DNA from: Okeania sp. | Lineage (GTDB): Bacteria > Cyanobacteriota > Cyanobacteriia > Cyanobacteriales > Microcoleaceae | Direction of reading: 5' to 3' | DNA length: 32,000 nucleotides | NCBI RefSeq assembly: GCF_035285525.1 | Contig: NZ_JAYKGW010000104.1 | Span: 1-32,000 of the forward strand | Shown here: one piece after another, positions 24,498 to 32,000 of the stretch | Position numbering within the stretch: position 1 is the stretch's first letter | How the letters are laid out: every line of letters starts with the position of its first letter | The notes under the pieces: model-generated | What the model was told of the DNA's origin: nothing | Seen by the model: only the letters and a program-made list of their open reading frames with translations | Databases searched by the model: none | Program-made: the position numbers and the translations under genes

Positions 24498-24647
24498 GAT
24501 TTATTATTAGCGATCGCTATCAAAAGATAAAAATATTTTGAAAATACCTCATTCAGAAGTAGAATAAGAATGGGGTTTTTTAGTAAAAAAAAATAATCAC
24601 ATTTAAAGTTCAAAATCAGATTTTTTGTCTATACTTATTTATATATC

Positions 24648-24739
24648 AGGACTTACGCAACTGCAACGTATTTTCGTCCGATACGACCGAAGGGAAATAA
24701 TCTCAAACCCCTGTTTTTCCTACCTCATCGGTAAGTCCT
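24648..24739. mobile_element. MITE-like element (92 bp)
   Basis: AGGACTTACGCA at 24648-24659 and ATCGGTAAGTCCT at 24727-24739. Confidence 0.7.
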
Positions 24740-24748
24740 ATATATATC

Positions 24749-24849
24749 AGGACTGACCCATGCGAAACCCGGTTTCTAGGGTAAATCATTGTTTCTGACA
24801 GCAAACATCTATGAGAAACCGGGTTTCTGGGTTCACCTGCGTAAATCCT
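24749..24849 (+). mobile_element. About 102-bp-subfamily MITE
   Basis: AGGACTGACCCATGCGAAACCCGGTTTCTAGGGTAAATCATTGTTTCTGAC...GAGAAACCGGGTTTCTGGGTTCACCTGCGTAAATCCT. Confidence 0.8.
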
Positions 24850-24907
24850 GTATATTTAAAAATCGGGTTGATGAGAGTAAGGCAAAAGGTATAGCAATCC
24901 TATAACT

Positions 24908-24990
24908 ACTCCCTATTCCCTACTCCCCCACTCCCTCACTCCCTCACTCCCCCACTCCCTCACTCCCCCACTCCCTCACTCCCTACTCCT
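24908..24990. repeat. STRR-like C-rich tandem octamer CACTCCC(T/C), 7 units plus degenerate flanks, ending 4 nt before a start codon
   Basis: Seven 8-nt units lie at 24929-24984, flanked by ACTCCCT/ATTCCCT/ACTCCCC and ACTCCT. The ATG is at 24995. Confidence 0.85.
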
Positions 24991-24994
24991 TAAT

Positions 24995-26185
24995 ATGAAT
25001 TTAACTTTTTGCATTATTGTTAAAAATGAGGAAAAAAATTTGCCAAAATGTTTGGCAAGTGTGAAAAATGTGGTAGATGAAATAGTTGTTTTAGATACAG
25101 GTTCCACAGATAGAACTCCAGAAATAGCTAAAGAGTTTGATGCCAAAGTACATTATTTTGAATGGTGTAATGATTTTGCAGCAGCACGGAATGAAGCTTT
25201 GAAATATGTTACAGGTGATTGGGTTTTAGTATTAGATGCTGATGAATATTTATCACCAAAAATAGCTCCATATATTAGAGAAGCTATTCAAAGCAATCAC
25301 CACATTTTAATTAATTTAATTAGAGAAGAAATAGGGGCAAAACAGTCTCCTTATTCTTTAGTTTCTCGTCTCTTTAGAAATCATCCAGAGATAAAATTTT
25401 CCCGACCTTATCATGCCATAGTTGATGATAGTATTTCTGATATTTTAGCAAAACAACCTGATTGGCAAATAGGTTCATTGCCAGAAATAGCAGTTTTACA
25501 TGAAGGTTATCAAAAAGGAGAAATTACTTCTAAAAATAAACTGGAAAGAGCCAAGGCAGCAATGGAAAGTTTTATCAAAAATAATCCTAATGATGCTTAT
25601 GTTTGTAGTAAGTTAGGAGCTTTATATTTAGAAGTTGGTGAAAGAGAAAAAGGAATGGAATTATTGTTTCGAGGTTTGCAAGATTTAGAAGTAGATAAAA
25701 CTGTTTTGTATGAGCTAAATTACCATTTAGGAATTGCTTATCGACAAAAGCAAGCAACAGAAATGGCAAAGCATCATTATCAAATAGCAACTGAGTTAAA
25801 TATTTTGCCTAAATTGAAGTTAGGAGCATACAATAATTTAGGTAGTTTACTGAAAGAAGAAGGAAATTTAGAGGCAGCCAAAATTAACTTTGAAATTGCT
25901 TTACAGATAGATCCTAATTTTAAAATTGGTTATTATAATCGAGGTATGGTATTAAAAGAAATGGGTTGGTTTACAGAAGCGATCGCCTCCTATCAAAAAG
26001 CAATTCAAATTGATGCTAACTATGCAGAAGCTTATCAAAATTTGGGAGTTGTATTGTTCAAAGTTGGTCAAGTATCAGAAAGTTTAGAAGCGTTTGGAAA
26101 AGCTATTAGTTTGCATGAAAAATATAATCCTATTGAAGCAAAGCGACTAAGAGAAGTATTAAAGTCAATGGGTTTTGTGTTATAA
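24995..26185 (+). CDS. Family-2 glycosyltransferase with C-terminal TPR repeats
   Basis: 396 aa. The GT2 N-terminus reads IIVKNEEKNLPKCLASV...VVLDTGSTDRT...ARNEAL...VLVLDADE. The C-terminal half has TPR-type A-Y-N-L-G repeats (AYNNLGSLL, GYYNRGMVL, AYQNLGVVL). Confidence 0.85.
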   Translation: MNLTFCIIVKNEEKNLPKCLASVKNVVDEIVVLDTGSTDRTPEIAKEFDAKVHYFEWCNDFAAARNEALKYVTGDWVLVLDADEYLSPKIAPYIREAIQSNHHILINLIREEIGAKQSPYSLVSRLFRNHPEIKFSRPYHAIVDDSISDILAKQPDWQIGSLPEIAVLHEGYQKGEITSKNKLERAKAAMESFIKNNPNDAYVCSKLGALYLEVGEREKGMELLFRGLQDLEVDKTVLYELNYHLGIAYRQKQATEMAKHHYQIATELNILPKLKLGAYNNLGSLLKEEGNLEAAKINFEIALQIDPNFKIGYYNRGMVLKEMGWFTEAIASYQKAIQIDANYAEAYQNLGVVLFKVGQVSESLEAFGKAISLHEKYNPIEAKRLREVLKSMGFVL

Positions 26186-26246
26186 ATGCGCGACATGAAA
26201 AGCGGAGCATTCCCTATACGAAAACGCCCCTACAGATGCTATAAAC

Positions 26247-26312
26247 AAGACTTACGCAAAGAAACCCGGTTTCTGCGATCAACCGGGTTTCTGGGTTCGT
26301 CTCCGTAAGTCC
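26247..26312. mobile_element. Short MITE-like element (66 bp)
   Basis: AAGACTTACGCAAAGAAACCCGGTTTCTGCGATCAACCGGGTTTCTGGGTTCGTCTCCGTAAGTCC. Confidence 0.65.
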
Positions 26313-26369
26313 GGATAACTATATTGTGATATCATGTCCGGATAATCAGTGATAAAAAAACCTTTTCCC

Positions 26370-26397
26370 TTCTGGCTTCTGGCTTCTGGCTTCTGCC
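26370..26397. repeat. STRR-like tandem heptamer TTCTGGC x4
   Basis: TTCTGGC TTCTGGC TTCTGGC TTCTGCC, just 3' of the pentapeptide-repeat gene stop (26403). Confidence 0.8.
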
Positions 26398-26402
26398 TTC
26401 CA

Positions 26403-27710
26403 TTAACGTCCTAACTTATTTGGAATACCTTCACAACCACCTGGAATAGTTTTTCTACTTTTTTCTCCAGACCAAGCACAACAATAATAACGTTGTTCCT
26501 CAGATAACCGCTTAACTCCAGTAAAGTTAACATTTTCCACCACAGCACCAGTGTAAGTACCAGTCTGATAGTTAGGTACATGAGTGCGACCGCGAGGAGT
26601 AGCACTTTCAGCAGTACCATAGAAAAATCTTGCTCCCCTCAAATCAGCACCTATCAAACTTGCTTCATATAAAATAGTACGCGAAAAATTAGCCTTTACC
26701 AGATCGCAACCCTCAAGGTTAGCTCTCACCAGATTAGCATCACTTAATTCTGTCCAGCGCAAATCTGTTTTACTTAACTCAGCACCAGCTAACATTACTC
26801 CTAAATCAATAACACGAGTACCATGTTCCCGATCTTCAGCATAACCACCTTGACCATCAAATATGGGACGACCTAATAAGCGATCGCGCTTAATAGGTGT
26901 CAGCAGTCTAGATTGAGATAAAAACCTAAGTATTTTGGCTTTCCCCTCACCATCCACACTTTTAATAATAGCTGCTGTACGACCTTCAGCGATCGCCCGT
27001 TCCTGTGGCCAATCTTCCAAAAAACCTTTTTCATCCATTGCTAACTCAGAAACCCCTTGAAAGTAAGCATCAATAGTTTGTTGTTGAGTAATGCGGTTTT
27101 GTTGAATAGTTAAATCTTTAGAAATAACATATTGTCGCCAAGCTACATATACAGCAATAATAGCAATTAAAATTTGACCCAACGCACCAATCAGTTCCCC
27201 TACTGCTCCAATAGCATCCCAGTTAATCTGGATATTCCGACTACCAACTTCCCCGTTTGCCCCACTTAACATCAGCAAACCGACTATTGCTGCCAAGATA
27301 CCAAAACAGGCAATAACTAGATCCCGCCAAGCTGGGGGAATCATAGTCTTCCAGACTTTACCCCAACTAGGCCAAATCATTCGGATTGAAGCTACCATCG
27401 TGACAATAGCACTGGTATAACCAAGTAGTACATTATCTATAGCTAATCCTAGAATCATAATTGCGATCGCTGCTAGGGCAATAATAGATGCTAATTTATT
27501 TCCTAGTCTTCTATCCTTTTGATTTTCCGCTAAACTATTGTGTTTGCTAGAAGCGGGCAGCATTTGTTCTATTTCGTTATCAATGAAATTTAACTGGTCT
27601 ATCGCTGTTGTTTTTACAGGAGTAATTGCTTCCTGGGTATCATTTAGACTTTCTAATGTAGGACTAGAATTAGGATTATTAGTTGGAGAATAGTTATGAT
27701 TATTATTCAT
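26403..27710 (-). CDS. Membrane-anchored pentapeptide-repeat protein
   Basis: 435 aa with a polar N-terminus and about four TM helices (aa about 75-190). The pentapeptide run is AELSKTDLRWTELSDANLVRANLEGCDLVKANFSRTILYEASLIGADLRGARF. Confidence 0.8.
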   Translation of the reverse strand: MNNNHNYSPTNNPNSSPTLESLNDTQEAITPVKTTAIDQLNFIDNEIEQMLPASSKHNSLAENQKDRRLGNKLASIIALAAIAIMILGLAIDNVLLGYTSAIVTMVASIRMIWPSWGKVWKTMIPPAWRDLVIACFGILAAIVGLLMLSGANGEVGSRNIQINWDAIGAVGELIGALGQILIAIIAVYVAWRQYVISKDLTIQQNRITQQQTIDAYFQGVSELAMDEKGFLEDWPQERAIAEGRTAAIIKSVDGEGKAKILRFLSQSRLLTPIKRDRLLGRPIFDGQGGYAEDREHGTRVIDLGVMLAGAELSKTDLRWTELSDANLVRANLEGCDLVKANFSRTILYEASLIGADLRGARFFYGTAESATPRGRTHVPNYQTGTYTGAVVENVNFTGVKRLSEEQRYYCCAWSGEKSRKTIPGGCEGIPNKLGR

Positions 27711-27920
27711 AGCATTTTTTCATCCCCTGGAAAGGGAAGGCTGGAGACCTTATTTTTTGGTCAAATACTTTATTATAAGTTAAGAAAGGAAATAGATAAC
27801 ATAAAACAGGGAGTCAACAGGATATATAATTAATTTTGCTGATGAACGAATACTATTTCTCTGTAACGATGCACTTAATAATTATTACTCAAGAATGGTC
27901 AAGATTTAGGCAAAAAATTA

Positions 27921-28005
27921 AGAAACTGGGTTTATTACCCTGATTATTTTTGTTCAAACCCGGAAATTTCTTTGAGCAACCAGGTTTCTAGATAAATTCT
28001 AATTA
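27921..28005. repeat. Degenerate MITE-derived repeat; related copy at 31943-31990
   Basis: AGAAACTGGGTTT...CAAACCCGGAAATTTCTTTGAGCAACCAGGTTTCTAGATAAATTCTAATT. Confidence 0.5.
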
Positions 28006-28123
28006 ACAATTTGTCTCAGTGTTTATGCACAGAAACTAGATTTTTTCTATTAGAATAAAAGTAAGAGGTAAAAAAATACCTATAAAAAATCAAGATGTAG
28101 CGATTTTAGTAAATTAAAATTTT

Positions 28124-28693
28124 ATGAATTCTCAAGTTCAAGTTACAGTTAATAAAGAAAAACTAAAGAATCCGCCCTTAGAAATACATTATTTGGGCGA
28201 TCGCTCTTTACGTCAGTCAGCCAAGCGAGTTGCTAAAGTAGATGATGATATTAGGCAATTGATACGAGAAATGCTCCAAACTATGTATAGTGCTGATGGT
28301 ATTGGTCTAGCTGCACCCCAAGTGGCTGTCCAAAAACAAGTTATTGTGATTGATTGTGAGCCAGATAATTCTGCTACCCCCCCTCTAGTTTTGATTAATC
28401 CTACAATTAAAAAATACAGCAATGATATTTGTGTGTTCCAAGAAGGATGTTTGAGTATTCCAGGGGTTTATTTAGATGTTAAACGTCCCTCAGTTATTCA
28501 AGTTGCTTATAAAGATGAAAATGGCCGTCCTCAAACTCTTCAGGCTAAAGAATTATTATCTAGGGCAATCCAGCATGAAATGGATCATCTTCAAGGAGTC
28601 CTTTTTGTAGACAGAGTAGAAAATAAATTGGCACTTAATGAAGAGTTAGCTAAACATAAGTTTTCTGCCAAAGCAGTTAAATCTATTACTTAA
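28124..28693 (+). CDS. def: Peptide deformylase
   Basis: 189 aa with all three motifs: GIGLAAPQV, EGCLSIPG and QHEMDHL. Confidence 0.93.
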   Translation: MNSQVQVTVNKEKLKNPPLEIHYLGDRSLRQSAKRVAKVDDDIRQLIREMLQTMYSADGIGLAAPQVAVQKQVIVIDCEPDNSATPPLVLINPTIKKYSNDICVFQEGCLSIPGVYLDVKRPSVIQVAYKDENGRPQTLQAKELLSRAIQHEMDHLQGVLFVDRVENKLALNEELAKHKFSAKAVKSIT

Positions 28694-28710
28694 ATCTAAA
28701 TACTTCAGTA

Positions 28711-28835
28711 TAGTAATCCCCGTGCCAAAGAAACCAGGTTTATGGGTCTTGGACTATTCCCTAGAGAAAACTTAAATAGTAATCCCCGGCCTAAAGAAAC
28801 CCGGTTTCTTTAAGAAACCGGGTTTATGGGTCCTG
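28711..28835. repeat. Direct duplication of TAGTAATCCCCG..CAAAGAAACC.GGTTTATGGGTC with an AAGAAACCCGGTTTCTT palindrome
   Basis: The copies start at 28711 and 28777. The second carries AAAGAAACCCGGTTTCTTTAAGAAACCGGGTTTATGGGTCCTG. Confidence 0.65.
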
Positions 28836-28896
28836 TTTTTTCTACAGATGTGATTTCTTATGGCTATAAATAAATTTGTAAATTTGGACAAAAAAT

Positions 28897-29097
28897 ATGG
28901 TAGGAACTCCTAAATCAACTTTATTTCTGGGTGGGTCTTGTGTAGCAGCGATCGCTGCAGTTGGCTCTATTTTTGAGTTATCCTCTGGAGAACCAGAGCT
29001 AGGTAGTTTAGTAACAGGGGTAATTCTCAGTTTAAGCATACCTCTAGCAGCTTTACTTTTTTATTTAGCCATTCAAGACGCTAAAGCAAATCAGTAA
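28897..29097 (+). CDS. Small two-TM membrane protein (hypothetical)
   Basis: 66 aa with two hydrophobic helices (LFLGGSCVAAIAAVGSIF and LVTGVILSLSIPLAALLFYLAI). Confidence 0.5.
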   Translation: MVGTPKSTLFLGGSCVAAIAAVGSIFELSSGEPELGSLVTGVILSLSIPLAALLFYLAIQDAKANQ

Positions 29098-29266
29098 AAA
29101 ATTCCACGATAATGAATAATTTTCCATTGACAATTGCTCATTTTTTCCAACTTCTAAATAGTAGGGCAAAACTATTTATATATAATTTCGTCTCTAAGTT
29201 TGACAGATTTAGAAGTTAATGCACAATTAATTAATTTTGCTTAAGCACTTAGTTTCAGGAATCGGT

Positions 29267-29361
29267 ACTGTTCCCTGTTCCCAGTTAAGTGTTCCCGGAA
29301 AAAACTATTGCCTATTGCCTAAAAAAAACTGTTCCCTGTTAAGTGTTCCCTGAAAAAAAAA
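29267..29361. repeat. Direct repeats ACTGTTCCCTGTT..AAGTGTTCCC.GAAAAAA (x2) with CTATTGC tandem between them, 20 nt upstream of a start codon
   Basis: Copy 1 is at 29267-29304 and copy 2 at 29328-29361. CTATTGCCTATTGCCT lies at 29304-29319. Confidence 0.7.
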
Positions 29362-29380
29362 CCACTAACTATCTGAAAAA

Positions 29381-30739
29381 ATGGCATTTTTGCGACAACT
29401 GTCTACAAACAAGTTATCTAACAAAGAACTCATAAAGAAGTATCTATCTGAGACAGAAGAGATGATACTAGGACGAGACCCCACTTGTCAAATACTGTTA
29501 GATACAGAAACCTATAAAATGGTTTCTCGACGCCATGCAATAATTCGTCTCAATACTGAGCAAAGTACAACCAATGGGATCAAATGGGAAATTTGCGATC
29601 TCAATAGTGCCAACGGTACTTATATTAATGGACAAAAAGTACAAGGCTCCCAAATTTTAAGGGTAGGCGATCTGATTCGCTTGGGCAATAATGGACCAGA
29701 ATTTATCTTTGATAATCAATCGACCGAACAATCAACCATATCAGTATTACCATCAGCAAACCTTAATTCACCCCCTATCAATCCTGTCGCCAGTGCTGAA
29801 GTTGAAGAGACTGATGTGATAACTTTAACGCAATTATTTCCGATTGCTTCTACAGGAAAACAATTGGTAAAAAAAGCTTATCTTTATCCAGGTATTATCA
29901 CTGTAATTTTTGTGGTTTTAATGTTTTTAACAGTGGGTAAAACAGGGGCTTTTAATTTACTTTTAGCAACTTACATTGCTAGTGGAGCTTATTATTTTAT
30001 TTATCAACTTTGTGGTAAACAAAAACCTTGGTGGATATTATTTGGAGCGGCTTTAACAACTGTTTTAATTTTATTAAGTCCAATTCTCACAGTTTTTCTA
30101 GAAGTATTTCGGACAATACTTCCTGGGAATGTATCAGTAAATCCTCAGCAAGTAGGGTTTATAGATTTTCTAATTAGAATGTTCTTCGGAGCCGGATTAA
30201 TGGAAGAATTACTGAAAGCATTACCTGTGTTTTTAGCATTATTAATAGGTCGTAGTTTACATTCTCCCTGGCGACAAAAAATAGGAGTTTGGGAACCTCT
30301 AGATGGAATTTTATTAGGAACAGCTTCCGCAATAGGATTTACTTTATTAGAAACTCTAGGGCAGTATGTTCCGAGTATTGTGGATAGTGCCAGTTTACAA
30401 TTAGGAGTAGGTGCTGGTGAATTGGTAGGATTACAATTATTAATTCCCAGAATTTTAGGGTCAGTTGCTGGACATATAGCTTATAGTGGTTATTTTGGTT
30501 ATTTTATAGGATTAAGTGTTTTAAGACGACGCAATAGTTGGTTAATTTTAGGAGTTGGGTATTTTACTGCTTCTATTCTTCATGCTTTATGGAATGCTTC
30601 TGGAGTTTTAAATATATTTCTTTTAGCATTTGTAGGAGTAGTTTCTTATGCTTTTTTAGGAGCAGCAATTTTAAAAGCAAGAGTTTTGTCTCCAACAAGG
30701 AATGAAAATTTTGCGACTCAAGCTATAATTAATAAGTGA
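29381..30739 (+). CDS. FHA-domain protein fused to a PrsW-family intramembrane metalloprotease
   Basis: 452 aa. The FHA domain spans aa about 28-110 (ILGRD...SRRHAII...NSANGTYINGQKV...GDLIRLG...EFIF). The polytopic C-terminal half carries the PrsW motifs MEELLKALP (EExxK, from 30203), GHIAYSG and LHALWNAS (HxxxN). Confidence 0.8.
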   Translation: MAFLRQLSTNKLSNKELIKKYLSETEEMILGRDPTCQILLDTETYKMVSRRHAIIRLNTEQSTTNGIKWEICDLNSANGTYINGQKVQGSQILRVGDLIRLGNNGPEFIFDNQSTEQSTISVLPSANLNSPPINPVASAEVEETDVITLTQLFPIASTGKQLVKKAYLYPGIITVIFVVLMFLTVGKTGAFNLLLATYIASGAYYFIYQLCGKQKPWWILFGAALTTVLILLSPILTVFLEVFRTILPGNVSVNPQQVGFIDFLIRMFFGAGLMEELLKALPVFLALLIGRSLHSPWRQKIGVWEPLDGILLGTASAIGFTLLETLGQYVPSIVDSASLQLGVGAGELVGLQLLIPRILGSVAGHIAYSGYFGYFIGLSVLRRRNSWLILGVGYFTASILHALWNASGVLNIFLLAFVGVVSYAFLGAAILKARVLSPTRNENFATQAIINK

Positions 30740-30781
30740 GGAGGTAGGGAGTAATAATGAAATAAGTTTAGAACATTACTC

Positions 30782-30815
30782 AATTTTGTTTTTTGGGAAA
30801 CAAAATTTTCTTTGC
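30782..30815 (+). terminator. AT-rich stem-loop plus T-rich tail downstream of the FHA-PrsW gene
   Basis: AATTTTGTTT-TTTGGG-AAACAAAATT (10-bp A/T stem) followed by TTCTTTG. Confidence 0.3.
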
Positions 30816-31069
30816 CATCAATATTGTACTTTGGAAAGAAGTTAATATTGGAGAGACAAAAAAAAGATCGCCCTATTTGAAGAAGTTAGAGCGATAATAT
30901 TTTTAACTGGCGATTAACTCTTTACCTGTTAAATGCTAAACACTCTTAGGTCGGAACTGGTCACGCCAATACGACGTATTGTTACCGATCAGAACATTTA
31001 CTTATTGCTAAGTAGGCTGGACTAACCATTTAAGCGACTTGAGCGCTTTGATTAGATTTGTGGTTAGTC

Positions 31070-31684
31070 TTAGCTTTTAGTAGTTATTTTAATCTTGAGG
31101 TTATCAAAACTCATATTTCTGAACTCACCCTTCGCTGGGGTATCTATTAAAAAGCCAATCTTAGCTCCTAAGTTAGGATCGTTGTCAGCAAAAGTATAGT
31201 TAAAAGACCATTCCTTTGTTTCTCCCCATGTAACACGAGGCTTTAAACTAGATGTTTCAATAGCAGTAGTAAGTAATGTACCAGTATTATCCTTATCTCC
31301 TCCCACAGTCAAGCCAATATAATCAGCATGAGCAAGCTCCGCTGATACTCCGTTTTGATCTTTAGGTCCATCGAAGTTACAGACATCAATAGTTATAGTA
31401 TAGTCACCAGCAAGTAAAGGAAAATCGAAATTAACAAAAGCTTTTCCTCCATATTCAGGGAAACTATTAGCCATTCCTAGTGTTTTTGAACCAGCAGTCG
31501 CTTTACAACCCTCAGCTCCATCAGGGAAGAAGTGTTGCTCTGAGTTTACAGTCCATTCACCATCATCTTCTATGTCATTTTCAATTACTATAACCTGTTC
31601 TTGAGCAGCAGCTATAGTTGGATTAATACCAAAACAAGTCAATGCTAATAGCACTGAAATTGCCCATACTAATATTGATTTCAT
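31070..31684 (-). CDS. Secreted hypothetical protein (signal peptide, beta-rich)
   Basis: The track ORF starts at TTG 31714. ATG 31684 has AGGAG 9 nt upstream and yields MKSILVWAISVLLALTCFGINPTIAAAQ. No family recognised. A 9-bp hairpin GACTAACCA...TGGTTAGTC (31020-31069) abuts the stop. Confidence 0.6.
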   Translation of the reverse strand: MKSILVWAISVLLALTCFGINPTIAAAQEQVIVIENDIEDDGEWTVNSEQHFFPDGAEGCKATAGSKTLGMANSFPEYGGKAFVNFDFPLLAGDYTITIDVCNFDGPKDQNGVSAELAHADYIGLTVGGDKDNTGTLLTTAIETSSLKPRVTWGETKEWSFNYTFADNDPNLGAKIGFLIDTPAKGEFRNMSFDNLKIKITTKS

Positions 31685-31942
31685 CTCAGGAGTCTCCTGT
31701 TTTTGTGGTTTCAATGTTAACGTGATTTTTTAACTATAGATAGGTTAAATAACCCAGTCCTTAACCCCCATAGGGTTAGATTTAGGTACTTTTTAAACCT
31801 TTTTGATACATGATGATAGAAATTTAATATTTTCTTTATAAATAGAAATTGCACTAAAAATATTAATCATATCATGGTTTATACAGCTAAACAAAAAACT
31901 AAGTTTATTGTATTTATTATTGTTTTTTAGTCTTAGTTTTAT

Positions 31943-31990
31943 GGGAAATTTCTTTGAGTAACCTAGTTGTTTCTGTGTAAGTTCTAATTA
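31943..31990. repeat. Degenerate MITE-derived repeat, related to 27955-28005
   Basis: GGGAAATTTCTTTGAGTAACCTAGTTGTTTCTGTGTAAGTTCTAATTA. Confidence 0.45.
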
Positions 31991-32000
31991 CCAAAAATTT

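Noticed and set aside
24281-24613. 110-aa minus-strand ORF downstream of the MBL hydrolase gene.
   Set aside because: It overlaps the 3' end of the MBL gene and runs through a MITE (24397-24497). Its Leu/Phe/Lys-rich composition reflects AT-rich non-coding DNA.
24397-24849. Three similar-sized repeats in a row, considered as a possible CRISPR-like array. The many repeats window-wide were considered likewise.
   Set aside because: The units are 92-101 bp with inverted termini and variable interiors. Spacing is irregular (150 and 9 nt), and there are no short identical direct repeats with unique 30-40-nt spacers. No cas genes are present.
30900-31069. Relatively GC-richer convergent spacer with the palindrome CAATACGACGTATTG and the hairpin GACTAACCA...TGGTTAGTC, considered as a tRNA or sRNA.
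   Set aside because: It has no cloverleaf, no GTTCGAATC-type T-arm and no U-tract terminator. The hairpin directly abuts a stop codon, so it is more simply a 3'-end structure of the secreted-protein gene.

Overview
This 32-kb chromosomal window looks like a filamentous, Nostocales-type cyanobacterium. It is AT-rich, carries HIP1 octamers (GCGATCGC) inside genes (405-412, 1064-1071, 5636-5643, 6177-6184), and has STRR-like short tandem repeats. Almost every intergenic spacer holds either MITE-like elements sharing the terminal inverted repeat AGGACTTACGCA...TGCGTAAGTCCT or G/C-rich hairpin small dispersed repeats. The left 14 kb holds twelve co-directional minus-strand genes. Their core (1187-8242) is an icfG-type Rsb/Spo-like partner-switching cluster (STAS, glgX, STAS, GAF/PP2C phosphatase, RsbW-like kinase) with a frameshifted SET-domain gene inserted, followed by an LD-carboxypeptidase. 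Upstream on the same strand lie an AGE-superfamily enzyme and four small enzymes (DJ-1/PfpI, a possible NTF2-like protein, a tandem EthD protein, CMD/AhpD-like). The centre holds a 1351-aa leaderless multicopper oxidase fused to FG-GAP/VCBS-like repeats and a C-terminal RTX/T1SS-type domain. The right half is mostly housekeeping: a small tail-anchored protein, ybeY, dgkA, trpG/pabA, a Tat-signal MBL hydrolase, a GT2-TPR glycosyltransferase, a membrane pentapeptide-repeat protein, def, an FHA-PrsW fusion and a secreted hypothetical protein. I found no rRNA, tRNA, CRISPR array, transposase, integrase or recognisable defence genes. The most unusual items are the MCO-RTX fusion, the sigma-less partner-switching/glycogen cluster with its collinear unknown enzymes, the FHA-PrsW fusion, the SET pseudogene and the MITE geometry around glgX. 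All family calls come from motif reading by eye; no searches were run.
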